A stretch of 18,201 bases of DNA, from positions 5,717,636 through 5,735,836 of the forward strand of contig CM119264.1 in the NCBI GenBank assembly GCA_051294375.1, written 5' to 3'. Source of the DNA: Paraspadella gotoi. Lineage: Eukaryota; Animalia; Chaetognatha. Both the position numbers and the translations under genes were made by a program. Below the pieces are notes generated by a model. That model saw nothing but the letters and a program-made list of their open reading frames with translations, did not search any database and was not told the origin of the DNA. The first letter of the stretch is position 1, and each line of letters begins with the position of its first letter. Shown here piece by piece: positions 1-9,918 of the stretch.

Positions 1-47
1 TTCTTTTCTTTTCTTTTCTTTTCTTTTCCTTTCTTTTCCTCTCTTTT
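1..47. repeat. (CTTTT)n pentanucleotide microsatellite
   Basis: Run of ttcttttcttttctttt..., decaying towards the 3' end. Confidence 0.85.
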
Positions 48-1339
48 CCTATCCTCTTTTTTGTTTTACAATTCTTATATTATTAATTCTTAGTTGTTTA
101 TTTACGCCATTTTAACTTACCTCACCTCATCCATTGTTAGCTTTCATCTCTTCCTTTGCCCCTTCGTTTACACCTCTTGGCTCACCGGGACCCTTTCCTN
201 NNNNNNNNNNNNNNNNNNNNNNNNNNNNNNNNNNNNNNNNNNNNNNNNNNNNNNNNNNNNNNNNNNNNNNNNNNNNNNNNNNNNNNNNNNNNNNNNNNNN
301 NNNNNNNNNNNNNNNNNNNNNNNNNNNNNNNNNNNNNNNNNNNNNNNNNNNNNNNNNNNNNNNNNNNNNNNNNNNNNNNNTCCTTTTTCTCCTCAACTTC
401 CTTCCTTTTTCCACCTTACTAGCCACCTTTTAAAATAACTCGCTTTCACTTTTCCCCTTTTTTTTCATTTTCTCAAATTCCGCTGACGTTCGAATCAAGT
501 TCCCTCGGGCAATTTGTTTCGATAAAGCCGCCGTTGCCGAAATATGTTTAGAGGAAAACATCAAAGGGGATCTCTCTNNNNNNNNNNNNNNNNNNNNNNN
601 NNNNNNNNNNNNNNNNNNNNNNNNNNNNNNNNNNNNNNNNNNNNNNNNNNNNNNNNNNNNNNNNNNNNNNNNNNNNNNNNNNNNNNNNNNNNNNNNNNNN
701 NNNNNNNNNNNNNNNNNNNNNNNNNNNNNNNNNNNNNNNTCTCTCTCTCTCTCTCCCTCTCTCTCTCCCCTTGTGACAATTCAAACGAAAAAAAAATTGG
801 TCCGGAAATAAATAAAGAAAATTTCATCTTCTCAATTTTGATGTATTTTTGATTCCGTTTTATTTCTCGTTTTCTTTCTCTCTCGATGGAGAAATAACAG
901 ATCGGGCATCAAATTTTTAAAACGTTTTTATTTATTTATTTTTTATTTTATTGTTTTTTTTTATAAAAAAAAAAAAGGAAAAGAAAAGAAATTTGTTCGA
1001 TGTTTGTCTTCGACTTTCAGGGTCGACGATTTTTTTTAGTGAAAAAAAAACTGAAAAAAGAAGCAAAAATAAAAAGTGTCACAAAAATTATTGTGAAAGA
1101 TATAAAAGAATTGATAAAAAAAAATGGGCGTAAATTTTAACCTGTGTTTTAACAATAAATTTAGATTTTGGGAAAAAATATCAAAGCGATAGAAAAGCGA
1201 ACAATTTGTGGGAGATAAAAAATTGTCTAAAAATTGGGAGGAAGATTAAAGACAATGGATTTATACTTATAAAAAAAACAAATAAAAACAATTTAGGAAA
1301 GGAATCGACCTTTTGCAACAGAAGCATTTTTATATTGGA

Positions 1340-1373
1340 TGACGACAATGACGACAACGATGACGACGACGAC
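1340..1373. repeat. Imperfect (GAC)n trinucleotide microsatellite
   Basis: tgacgacaatgacgacaacgatgacgacgacgac. Confidence 0.8.
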
Positions 1374-1536
1374 AAAAAACTTGAAATATAAAAAGTCTTT
1401 GCCTCGCGAAAGGTCATTTCTTGGAAAAGAGATCACGAAAATAAAAATAGAAATAGAAATATGAAGGAAAGAAAAAAAAAGAATTTCAGGAATAATATTC
1501 TTTCTTTCTCGGTATTCGACTCAAAACCAGAAGCTC

Positions 1537-1593
1537 TTTTTAGTTGCGCCGCGAGTACTCGTGGAGCAACTTTTCGGTCCGTCGGTCCGTCGG
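1537..1593 (+). mobile_element. Candidate 5' end of a non-autonomous Helentron-derived (DINE-1/HINE-like) element, truncated by an N-gap
   Basis: T-run (1537-1541), then the 30-bp near-palindrome AGTTGCGCCGCGAGTACTCGTGGAGCAACT (1542-1571, two mismatched pairs), then a (CGGTCCGT)n GTCY-type microsatellite running into the gap. This order matches the known DINE-1/HINE left-end layout; no 3' end is visible. Confidence 0.5.
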
Positions 1594-2386
1594 NNNNNNN
1601 NNNNNNNNNNNNNNNNNNNNNNNNNNNNNNNNNNNNNNNNNNNNNNNNNNNNNNNNNNNNNNNNNNNNNNNNNNNNNNNNNNNNNNNNNNNNNNNNNNNN
1701 NNNNNNNNNNNNNNNNNNNNNNNNNNNNNNNNNNNNNNNNNNNNNNNNNNNNNNNNNNNNNNNNNNNNNNNNNNNNNNNNNNNNNNNNNNNNNNNNNNNN
1801 NNNNNNNNNNNNNNNNNNNNNNNNNNNNNNNNNNNNNNNNNNNNNNNNNNNNNNNNNNNNNNNNNNNNNNNNNNNNNNNNNNNNNNNNNNNNNNNNNNNN
1901 NNNNNNNNNNNNNNNNNNNNNNNNNNNNNNNNNNNNNNNNNNNNNNNNNNNNNNNNNNNNNNNNNNNNNNNNNNNNNNNNNNNNNNNNNNNNNNNNNNNN
2001 NNNNNNNNNNNNNNNNNNNNNNNNNNNNNNNNNNNNNNNNNNNNNNNNNNNNNNNNNNNNNNNNNNNNNNNNNNNNNNNNNNNNNNNNNNNNNNNNNNNN
2101 NNNNNNNNNNNNNNNNNNNNNNNNNNNNNNNNNNNNNNNNNNNNNNNNNNNNNNNNNNNNNNNNNNNNNNNNNNNNNNNNNNNNNNNNNNNNNNNNNNNN
2201 NNNNNNNNNNNNNNNNNNNNNNNNNNNNNNNNNNNNNNNNNNNNNNNNNNNNNNNNNNNNNNNNNNNNNNNNNNNNNNNNNNNNNNNNNNNNNNNNNNNN
2301 NNNNNNNNNNNNNNNNNNNNNNNNNNNNNNNNNNNNNNNNNNNNNNNNNNNNNNNNNNNNNNNNNNNNNNNNNNNNNNNNNNNNNN

Positions 2387-2460
2387 CAAAGTTGCCGGAG
2401 CAAAGATTGCCGGAGCAAAGATTGTCGAAGCTGAGATTGCCTAAGCTCAGCTTGCGGATT
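2387..2460 (+). repeat. Degenerate 15-bp tandem repeat (GCAAAGATTGCCGGA)
   Basis: caaagttgccgga gcaaagattgccgga gcaaagattgtcgaa gctgagattgcctaa gctcagcttgcggat. Confidence 0.75.
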
Positions 2461-3059
2461 GTGGATCTCAGATTTCAGGATTTAAGATGTCCGACGCTGA
2501 GATGCAAACTGCAACGGTGAGGTTCCANNNNNNNNNNNNNNNNNNNNNNNNNNNNNNNNNNNNNNNNNNNNNNNNNNNNNNNNNNNNNNNNNNNNNNNNN
2601 NNNNNNNNNNNNNNNNNNNNNNNNNNNNNNNNNNNNNNNNNNNNNNNNNNNNNNNNNNNNNNNNNNNNNNNNNNNNNNNNNNNNNNNNNNNNNNNNNNNN
2701 NNNNNNNNNNNNNNNNNNNNNNNNNNNNNNNNNNNNNNNNNNNNNNNNNNNNNNNNNNNNNNNNNNNNNNNNNNNNNNNNNNNNNNNNNNNNNNNNNNNN
2801 NNNNNNNNNNNNNNNNNNNNNNNNNNNNNNNNNNNNNNNNNNNNNNNNNNNNNNNNNNNNNNNNNNNNNNNNNNNNNNNNNNNNNNNNNNNNNNNNNNNN
2901 NNNNNNNNNNNNNNNNNGCCATGATGTCGCATGTTGCTGCTGCCGACACTGAAGGACGCCGATTCCAACGCCGCTGCCGACACAGCTGTCGATACGGCCT
3001 CTCCCTCACAAAACAAAACTAAACGAATTCGAATTAACTTTTTTTTCTTCCATTAAAAG

Positions 3060-3105
3060 AGGATGAGGAGGAGGAGGAGGAGGAGGAAGAGGACGATGAC
3101 GATGA
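3060..3105. repeat. (GAG)n followed by (GAC/GAT)n compound microsatellite
   Basis: aggatgaggaggaggaggaggaggaggaagaggacgatgacgatgat. Confidence 0.85.
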
Positions 3106-3306
3106 TCAACAGCGAAGAAAAGTGAAATCGATGGTTCGCTCTCGAACTCTTCAAAAAAATTTATTTAGCTATAATCCTCGTTAAATGTCAGATTGATATT
3201 TTAAAAAAACAAAATATATCAATTTCTACCGAATACAGCACGCAGCAATAATTAAAAAACGATACAAAAGAGACGACGTCATCTTCTCTCGAGTCCCGCT
3301 TGTAAA

Positions 3307-3564
3307 GACGACGACGACGACGACGACGANNNNNNNNNNNNNNNNNNNNNNNNNNNNNNNNNNNNNNNNNNNNNNNNNNNNNNNNNNNNNNNNNNNNNNN
3401 NNNNNNNNNNNNNNNNNNNNNNNNNNNNNNNNNNNNNNNNNNNNNNNNNNNNNNNNNNNNNNNNNNNNNNNNNNNNNNNNNNNNNNNNNNNNNNNNNNNN
3501 NNNNNNNNNNNNNNNNNNNNNNNNNNNNNNNNNNNNNNNNGAGAGAGAGAGAGAGAGAGAGAGA
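3307..3564. repeat. (GAC)n and (GA)n microsatellites flanking the gap at 3330-3540
   Basis: gacgacgac... before the gap and gagagaga... after it. Confidence 0.85.
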
Positions 3565-3655
3565 GTCATATAGATGCAGATTGAATAAGATTCATTGGCT
3601 TTCAGATTTAAATAAGGATGTCACTGATTGACTCTTGCTCCGGAGGCGTCGCGGA

Positions 3656-3749
3656 CGATGCAATGATTCCACGGTGCCATGATCCCAGGGTGCCGCGATG
3701 CCACGGCGCATAGATGCCACGGTGCTATGATCCCAGGGTGCCAACGATG
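3656..3749. repeat. 8-bp minisatellite (consensus ~YGRTGCCA) with 16/48-bp higher-order periodicity
   Basis: cgatgcaa tgattcca cggtgcca tgatccca gggtgccg cgatgcca cggcgcat agatgcca cggtgcta tgatccca gggtgcca; 3669-3694 and 3717-3742 differ by one base. Confidence 0.85.
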
Positions 3750-4341
3750 AATGGAGAATTTCTCATTTTGTATTCTTCTTTTATGTCTCAGTCTCTTCAC
3801 GCCGCCATGTTTTTTATTCGCTTCTTGACATCCATTTTTATTTCTTTCCGTCTCTTCATATCTCTCTTTTTTAATACTTATCTCTTCATCCCAACCTCAT
3901 TTTTATACATTCCTCATCTCTCCATTTCCCTATACCTTTTAACGACCACGTTTCACTTCTCGCCTCGTATAACGGCGTCCACGCCGTCGCTTAGCAACGG
4001 TCGAAACGTTTCTCATTTTTTCCCCGGATGGAATCGACAGTAACGGTTTTGTTTCCGCCATTCTTTTCTCGCGGTTCCATCGATGGAACCGCGAGGGTTT
4101 TTTTTTCTCTCTTTCATTTCGAAGTCGTTGACCGTTTCAGTTGTTTGGAAGGAAATCGAGGTTTCCCGCGTTCGATGCTCATTTGTTTGTCATTCGCGAC
4201 AAAAAAAAACGATGCGCTTTTGTTTTCTCTTTGATAAAATCAGCGCTTTTGTTCCACAATTGTTATTCGTTGCTTCTTTATTAAATGATGTTGGATGAAG
4301 GTTCGTGTCCTCACATATATTAATAAAAACGTACCTAACTC

Positions 4342-4379
4342 AGCATACTAAGCATACTAAGCATACTAAGCATACTAAG
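4342..4379. repeat. 9-bp tandem repeat AGCATACTA x4
   Basis: Four perfect copies read directly. Confidence 0.95.
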
Positions 4380-4710
4380 TAAATGGTAATTTATCTTTAT
4401 TTTTATTCTTTTTTTCTATCCAGTTTAGGGAAAAAAAGGGGGAATCCCAGGGTTTTCTCCCCTTGTATAAACGATAACACGTTACATTATCTATAATATT
4501 TTTTTTTATTTTACTAGGCTTTCATGAGCCAACTCGTTTATGCTAATTTTCTAAGAGGCGTTACGCTTGTTTTTCTCTTTCTCTTTCATTCAGTCCCCCT
4601 TCATCAATTTAACCTGTCAGCCAAGGAGCTCCTCTCTTCTCTTCTCTCCTTCTCTTCCTCTTTCTCCTCCGATATGAAGTCTTTGATCCTTTTCGTTCAA
4701 GGCAATCTCA

Positions 4711-4995
4711 TCTCTTCTTTCATACCTTACTTCTTCTCTTCTTTCATACCTTACTTCTTCTCTTCCTTTCATACCTTACTTCTTCTCTTCTTTCATACCT
4801 TACTTCTTCTCTTCCTTTCATACCTTACTTCTTCTCTTCTTTCATACCTTACTTCTTCTCTTCTTTCATACCTTACTTCTCTTCTTTCATACCTTACTTC
4901 TTCTCTTCCTTTCATACCTTACTTTTTCTCTTCTTTCATACCTTACTTCTTATCTTCCTTTCATACCTTACTTCTTATCTTCCTTTCATAACTTC
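4711..4995. repeat. 24/25-bp minisatellite CATACCTTACTTCTTCTCTTC(C)TTT, ~12 copies
   Basis: CATA(CCTTAC) anchors at 4721, 4745, 4770, 4794, 4819, 4843, 4867, 4888, 4913, 4937, 4962 and 4987; degenerate copies continue to ~5055. Confidence 0.95.
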
Positions 4996-5547
4996 CACTT
5001 CCTTTTAAACGATTCATACCTTTCCTTTTTATTTTCCTTTCATAACTTCCTCTTCTTTTTTAAATAATTTAAAAATTTCTTTCTTATTTTCCTCGTTTAA
5101 TAACGTTTATATTTAGCATCCTAGTCTTTTTAAACAAATCATGCGTACCTTACTTTTTATTTTCCACTATACATACAGGTTTTATTTTCATTTTCGGAAA
5201 ATTGCCCCATTTTTGTTTTCTATCCTCAATGCTTTTTCTCTCGTCCCGTAAAATCATCGATATTTCCTAATTTTTTGGCCAATAATTTTTCCCTCATTAG
5301 TTTGAATACTACAAATTATTTTTAACCTCATCTTGCTTATCTAATTTTACTATTTTATCCCATTTTTGCTGCCCCGGGCCTCGCTCCATTGCCCTTTTCA
5401 TTTTTATTGTGCCTCTGACTTATTTTTTCGGTTTTTCTCATTTTTCCGCTCTCTTTTTATTCTTTATTTCTCTTCCTTGTTAGTTCTAACCATTCTTTCT
5501 CTCGGATGACGTGAGTCTTTGCTATTTTTTCCCTAGATGCTCAAGAC

Positions 5548-5564
5548 AGAGAGAGAGAGGCGAG

Positions 5565-5597
<33 letters not shown>

Positions 5598-5624
5598 CAG
5601 AGAGCGAGAGAGAGGAGAGGAAGA
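5548..5624. repeat. Interrupted (GA)n microsatellite
   Basis: Direct reading. Confidence 0.9.
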
Positions 5625-6288
5625 GTGAAAACCCGCGTCAAGATTAGGAACCTAAATTGATAAAATCCATTCTGCATCCAATTGAATGAAGAGCAGCGGA
5701 GAACGGCGAGCCCGCGGACCAGGGGGCGGGGGAGTTTGAAGACTTTCGAAATGGAGCTTCGGCAATTTGCTTGTGTCGGAGGTCGTGAATCGGATGCCGT
5801 GGGTGAGTGGGCGTGTGGTCGGGGCGCGGTTGCGGTGTGGAGGCGTGGATTGTGTGGGAAAAAGAGGAGGAGTCGAGCCGCTCGCGTGTGTGTGTTGGGG
5901 GGGGGGGGAAGCGAAAAATAACTAGAGCGATTGAGAAAAGGGTCAATGAATATCGAATTTTGAATTCTTGATGAAGCGGAATTTGGCTTTGCCGGGAAAA
6001 TGGATTAGAGGGCTCTTGGCAAAAACGTAGCGGCTGAAGAGCGTTGGAGCTGAGGGGGAGAAAGGGGGTGGTATTTGGGGAGGGGGTGGCGAATAAGACG
6101 GGGGAGAGAGGGGGAGGTATTTTGGGGAGGGGGGGGCGGAGATAAGGATGGGGAAGAGAGCTAGGGATTAAAAAAATGGGGGACAGGGAGAGCAAGGAGG
6201 GGGTAATTGAGAGAGATGGAAATTGATTGTATGTTTAACAAACTACAGGGAGAAATAAGAAATGGGGAATGAATAGAAGAAAAAGAGA

Positions 6289-6292
<4 letters not shown>

Positions 6293-6324
<32 letters not shown>

Positions 6325-6513
6325 AAGAGAGAGAGGATGAGAGTAGAGAAGGAGAGAAAAGAGAGGAATTTATCCTCCGCTTGTTAAACATATTTAGCAA
6401 GATACAGCGGTCTCGCTTCGGAAGATGTAGCAATCTAACATTCATAAGGAAGGCTTTTGGCAGAGGCGAGAGATAAGAGAGATGGGAGTAGAGAGAGAGA
6501 GAGAGAGAAGAGA

Positions 6514-6567
<54 letters not shown>
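6293..6567. repeat. Two (GA)n microsatellites (6293-6322 and ~6490-6567) in a purine-rich tract
   Basis: Direct reading. Confidence 0.9.
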
Positions 6568-6902
6568 AATAATTTTTTCCTTGGCCGCCGCCCATCTTTT
6601 TCCTTGTTTTCGCTTTCAATTGCAAATCGAAGTTTGAAGAGGAAAGAAGAGAGTCGGGCCTCTTCGACGGAAGTGTTGGGGGGGTGTAGAGTGGTCTCGG
6701 GGTGTGGAGGGGATAGCCGGGGTAGCCGGGGTATGGAAGGGGTCGATAATATTTTGCATATTAGCGGCGTGTCCGGAGTAAGGATGAACACAACTGTGTG
6801 GGAGATAAGTGGGTTTTAATTGAGATGAATATCTTTCGTCGCAAGGGCTTTAGCAGAAGTTAGATACTTTTTGACTCAAACGCTAATCCTCGCTCTTTTT
6901 AA

Positions 6903-7090
6903 CCACAGTTCCTCTCTTTTTCCCCACAGTTCCGTTCTTTTTCCCGACAGTTCGGTTCTTTTTCCCCACAGTTCCGTTCTTTTTCCCGACAGTTCCGTTC
7001 TTTTTCACTACCGTTCCGTTCTTTTTCCCCACAGTTCCGTTCTTTTTCNNNNNNNNNNCGTTCTTTTTCACTACAGTTCCTACAGTTCCA
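6903..7090. repeat. 21-bp minisatellite CCACAGTTCCGTTCTTTTTCC, with a 10-N gap at 7049-7058
   Basis: About 8 visible units, e.g. ccacagttccgttctttttcc / cgacagttcggttctttttcc. Confidence 0.95.
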
Positions 7091-7224
7091 TAGACTTTTT
7101 CACAATTCCATCGTCCTAACCGCGGTAAAATTTTCCTATTTTCCACAGTTCCATACTTTCTCCCACTGCTCCATTCTCCGTCCAGGCCATCTACAGTTCC
7201 ATTCCCTCCTTGACAGTTCCTAAC

Positions 7225-7478
7225 TCTCTCCACCAAAGTTTCACACTCTCTCCTCCACAGTTTCTCACTCTCTCCTCCACACTTCCTCACTCTATCCTCC
7301 ACAGTTCTTCACTCTCTCACCCACAGTCCTCATCCTCACCCCTACAGTTACTCACTCTCTCCTCCACGGTTCTTCCCTCTCTCACCCACAGTCCTCATCC
7401 TCACCCCTACAGTTACTCACTCTCTCCCCCACAGTTCTATCATCTCCCCCACAGTTCCATCCTCTCCCCTACAGTTCC
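7225..7478. repeat. Related 21/22-bp minisatellite (TCTCTCCTCCACAGTTCCTCAC) with a 65-bp higher-order duplication
   Basis: Recurrent CYACAGT anchors; ccacagtcctcatcctcacccctacagttactcactctctcc occurs at both 7321 and 7386. Confidence 0.85.
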
Positions 7479-7905
7479 AACGTCTTCGTCCGCGGTCACG
7501 AGATCCGCCTCTTACGCGGGTGTTTGGGAAAATATCAAAGGCGGCGTCATTCAAGGTTTATTGTCGTCGTAAAGGAGAAGCTGAGGCGTCTTTAGGTCGG
7601 CGCCGTTCTTAGCAGGAGATCCGCGCCGCGAACAACGATATGAGCGCCGCAAAAATGCATATATGCAAAGCGGAGGGGACGGATACATACATACGCACCG
7701 CAAAGTTGTCTGGGCACCGCTAGGACGTTCTTAGGTGATGAGGAGGACAATCTCGGCGCCCGAAATCTATCTCTCAGCGCCGCAAAATACGAAAAACGAG
7801 AAAAGAAGAAATGAGTTTCATCCGGCACCTCGGGACGATGGCGCCGAGGATTTCTCTCGGCAACGTTGGCCGATTCCAGGCGTGGGCCGCACGAGCTGAT
7901 TGGAA

Positions 7906-7930
7906 CGGCGCGGCGCGGCGCGGCGCGGCG
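7906..7930. repeat. (CGGCG)5 pentanucleotide repeat
   Basis: cggcgcggcgcggcgcggcgcggcg. Confidence 0.9.
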
Positions 7931-8463
7931 AGGCTTCGCGTATGAGCGAGGTTAAATGGCACGGCTGCGGAAAAAGGTGGGCGGGAGTTAAATGGCACGG
8001 AGAGGGAAGCGGTTTAAAATGGCAAAGCTCAGCCTCGGGAGCAAGGAATTAAATATGGTGGGGTTTATGAAAAAGGGCATATTGAATAAATGGTCAATTG
8101 GTCATTGGTCAGTGATAATTATATGAGATCTAGTTTTTTTAGACTTCATGCTCACGGGGTCGAGATACAGCTTATTTTTCGTCTTCCGCAACGGATCATC
8201 AGCAGTGCAGTCGTTCAATATTCTCGCGCCAAGAAAGAGACTCTCGACAAAATAGAAAACTCGACAAAAACCAATTTCACGAAACCAATAAATTGAATCG
8301 ATATGTCTCGCTGCGTCGCGTTATTAAATTCGACGCGACGCTACGCGCTGCTTTCTCTTTTGACGCTACGTAACTGACAGCTCCGGCGAACGATTCGCCG
8401 TGCATAACGACAACGACGGAAAACATTCATCGAAAGTTTTCACTCGTCGCCAACGAATATTTA

Positions 8464-8497
8464 GACGACAACAACAGCGACAACGACGACGACAACG

Positions 8498-8530
<33 letters not shown>

Positions 8531-8538
8531 ACAGCGAC
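8464..8538. repeat. (CGA/CAA)n compound trinucleotide microsatellite
   Basis: gacgacaacaacagcgacaacgacgacgacaacgacg... Confidence 0.9.
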
Positions 8539-8997
8539 TATTCATCTCCAGTGAATCGAAAGAAAAGAGTTCAAAGGCGCTAAAAATGTTGTTGTCTCAA
8601 ACCTTTCTCTTTTTTTTTCTTTTTTTGACCGCGCCTCTTTTCTTTCGCTTCCTTTGCGAGCTTTTTTTCTTTTCTCATTCCTCCCTCGCTTCCTCTCTCT
8701 TCTCTCAACTCTTTTATTAGTTTCCTTTCTTTCTTCCTCCTCTTGTTTTTAGTTTTGTAATTTTCTTTCTCGGGTCACATTCTGGACCAATTGTGAGTTT
8801 CCTCTCTTTCTCTTCATTACTTTTTTTGCATCTTTCTCTCTTCCCCTACATCCTCTTTAAGATTTTCATCGCGTTCCTCCCTCCCCTCCTCTTTCTCTCC
8901 CTCCACTACTTCTCATCCTTTCTCCTTCCCCACTTCCTCTTCATCCCATTCCTCCCTCAGCTCCTCTTTCACNNNNNNNNNNNNNNNNNNNNNNNNN

Positions 8998-9577
8998 CGA
9001 GGCTCAGGAAACCGACTTTCGCTCTCTCACCCTCAGATTCCGAACATTAAACCTCAGATTGTATTCTCGGCGAGATATAATTGATAATAATATACAAACT
9101 TTAAGTTTTCTTCTTAGAACTTAGTTTTTTATAAATTGGTACAGACACATATAAAATTATCCATTCATTTAATGATAAGCTTATTTGCCCCTGATACTTA
9201 GGACAGGCTTTGGTGTTAAGTGTGCCCTCCATCACTTTCTTACATGTAATTACATAGCAGGTCCTGCAAGCTTTCAATTCCAGACTCTCTCACAGTCTCG
9301 TTTATTACTCCCAAGAGTGGCTTCTCTATCAATGAAGTTGGAAATATTTCAAAGAATGTTTCAATTGTATATATTATATATATATATTCATTCTATTGAG
9401 AAATGAAGAGAGCCAGACGTCGGTCTAAGGAGGAAGGCGTCGTCGGCCAAAGGGAAATTCGAAATTTCTTCGTCGGCAAGAGGCGTCGGTAAAACGTCGG
9501 CAAAGGGAGAAACCTTTTATCTTTCTTTACATTATCGAATAGAAATTAGGCTCTGGCGAAAAATAAAGGGAGGGAGC

Positions 9578-9613
<36 letters not shown>

Positions 9614-9624
9614 GAGAGAGAGGT

Positions 9625-9665
<41 letters not shown>

Positions 9666-9918
9666 AGGAGAGAAGAGAGACAAAGCCTTTACTCGCCAAG
9701 GAGCGAAACGCTCACGGAGAAAGGGGAAGTCCGAGGAGGGGAGAGGGGGAAAAGGTAGTGGAAGAGGAGCGGCGTGAAGGAGCAAAATTTATTCATGAGG
9801 TTTCTCATCCTGAATTGAAGAAGAAGAAGAAAGAAGAAAAGAAGAGAGATGCGCGGAATGTAGAGGGGGGAGGAAGATAGGAAGGATGGTATATATTGCG
9901 GATGAAGAGGAGATGAAA
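8998..9918 (-). repeat. Inverted copy of ~13276-14274, and partly of 9919-10230
   Basis: 9781 agcaaaatttattcatgag is the reverse complement of ctcatgaataaattttgct at ~13405; ~9495-9578 is the reverse complement of ~9921-10006 and ~13636-13728; ~9007-9121 is the reverse complement of 10125-10230 and ~14144-14266. Confidence 0.9.
9582..9680. repeat. Interrupted (GA)n microsatellite, mirrored as (CT)n at ~13536-13634
   Basis: Direct reading. Confidence 0.9.

Noticed and set aside
486-497. GTTCGAATC resembling a tRNA T-loop or Pol III B-box
   Set aside because: No T-stem pairing, A-box or cloverleaf in the flanks.
94-3569. Long ORFs of up to 327 aa in the ORF track
   Set aside because: They are open only because they cross N-gaps (poly-X).
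4524-4991. 155-aa hydrophobic ORF
   Set aside because: It is a translation of the pyrimidine-rich minisatellite, and the repeat phase shifts with the 24/25-bp units.
4711-7478. CRISPR-like regular repeats (24-bp and 21-bp arrays)
   Set aside because: Units are directly adjacent with no unique spacers, there are no cas genes, and the context is eukaryotic.
5644-7572. ORFs of 80-183 aa (Pro/Ser-rich, ER repeats, KKNGTVG repeats)
   Set aside because: They derive from G-rich, (GA)n and minisatellite sequence, and show no recognisable domain.
7951-8000. AATGGCAC resembling the miR-183/263 seed
   Set aside because: The rest of the mature sequence does not match and no precursor hairpin is evident.
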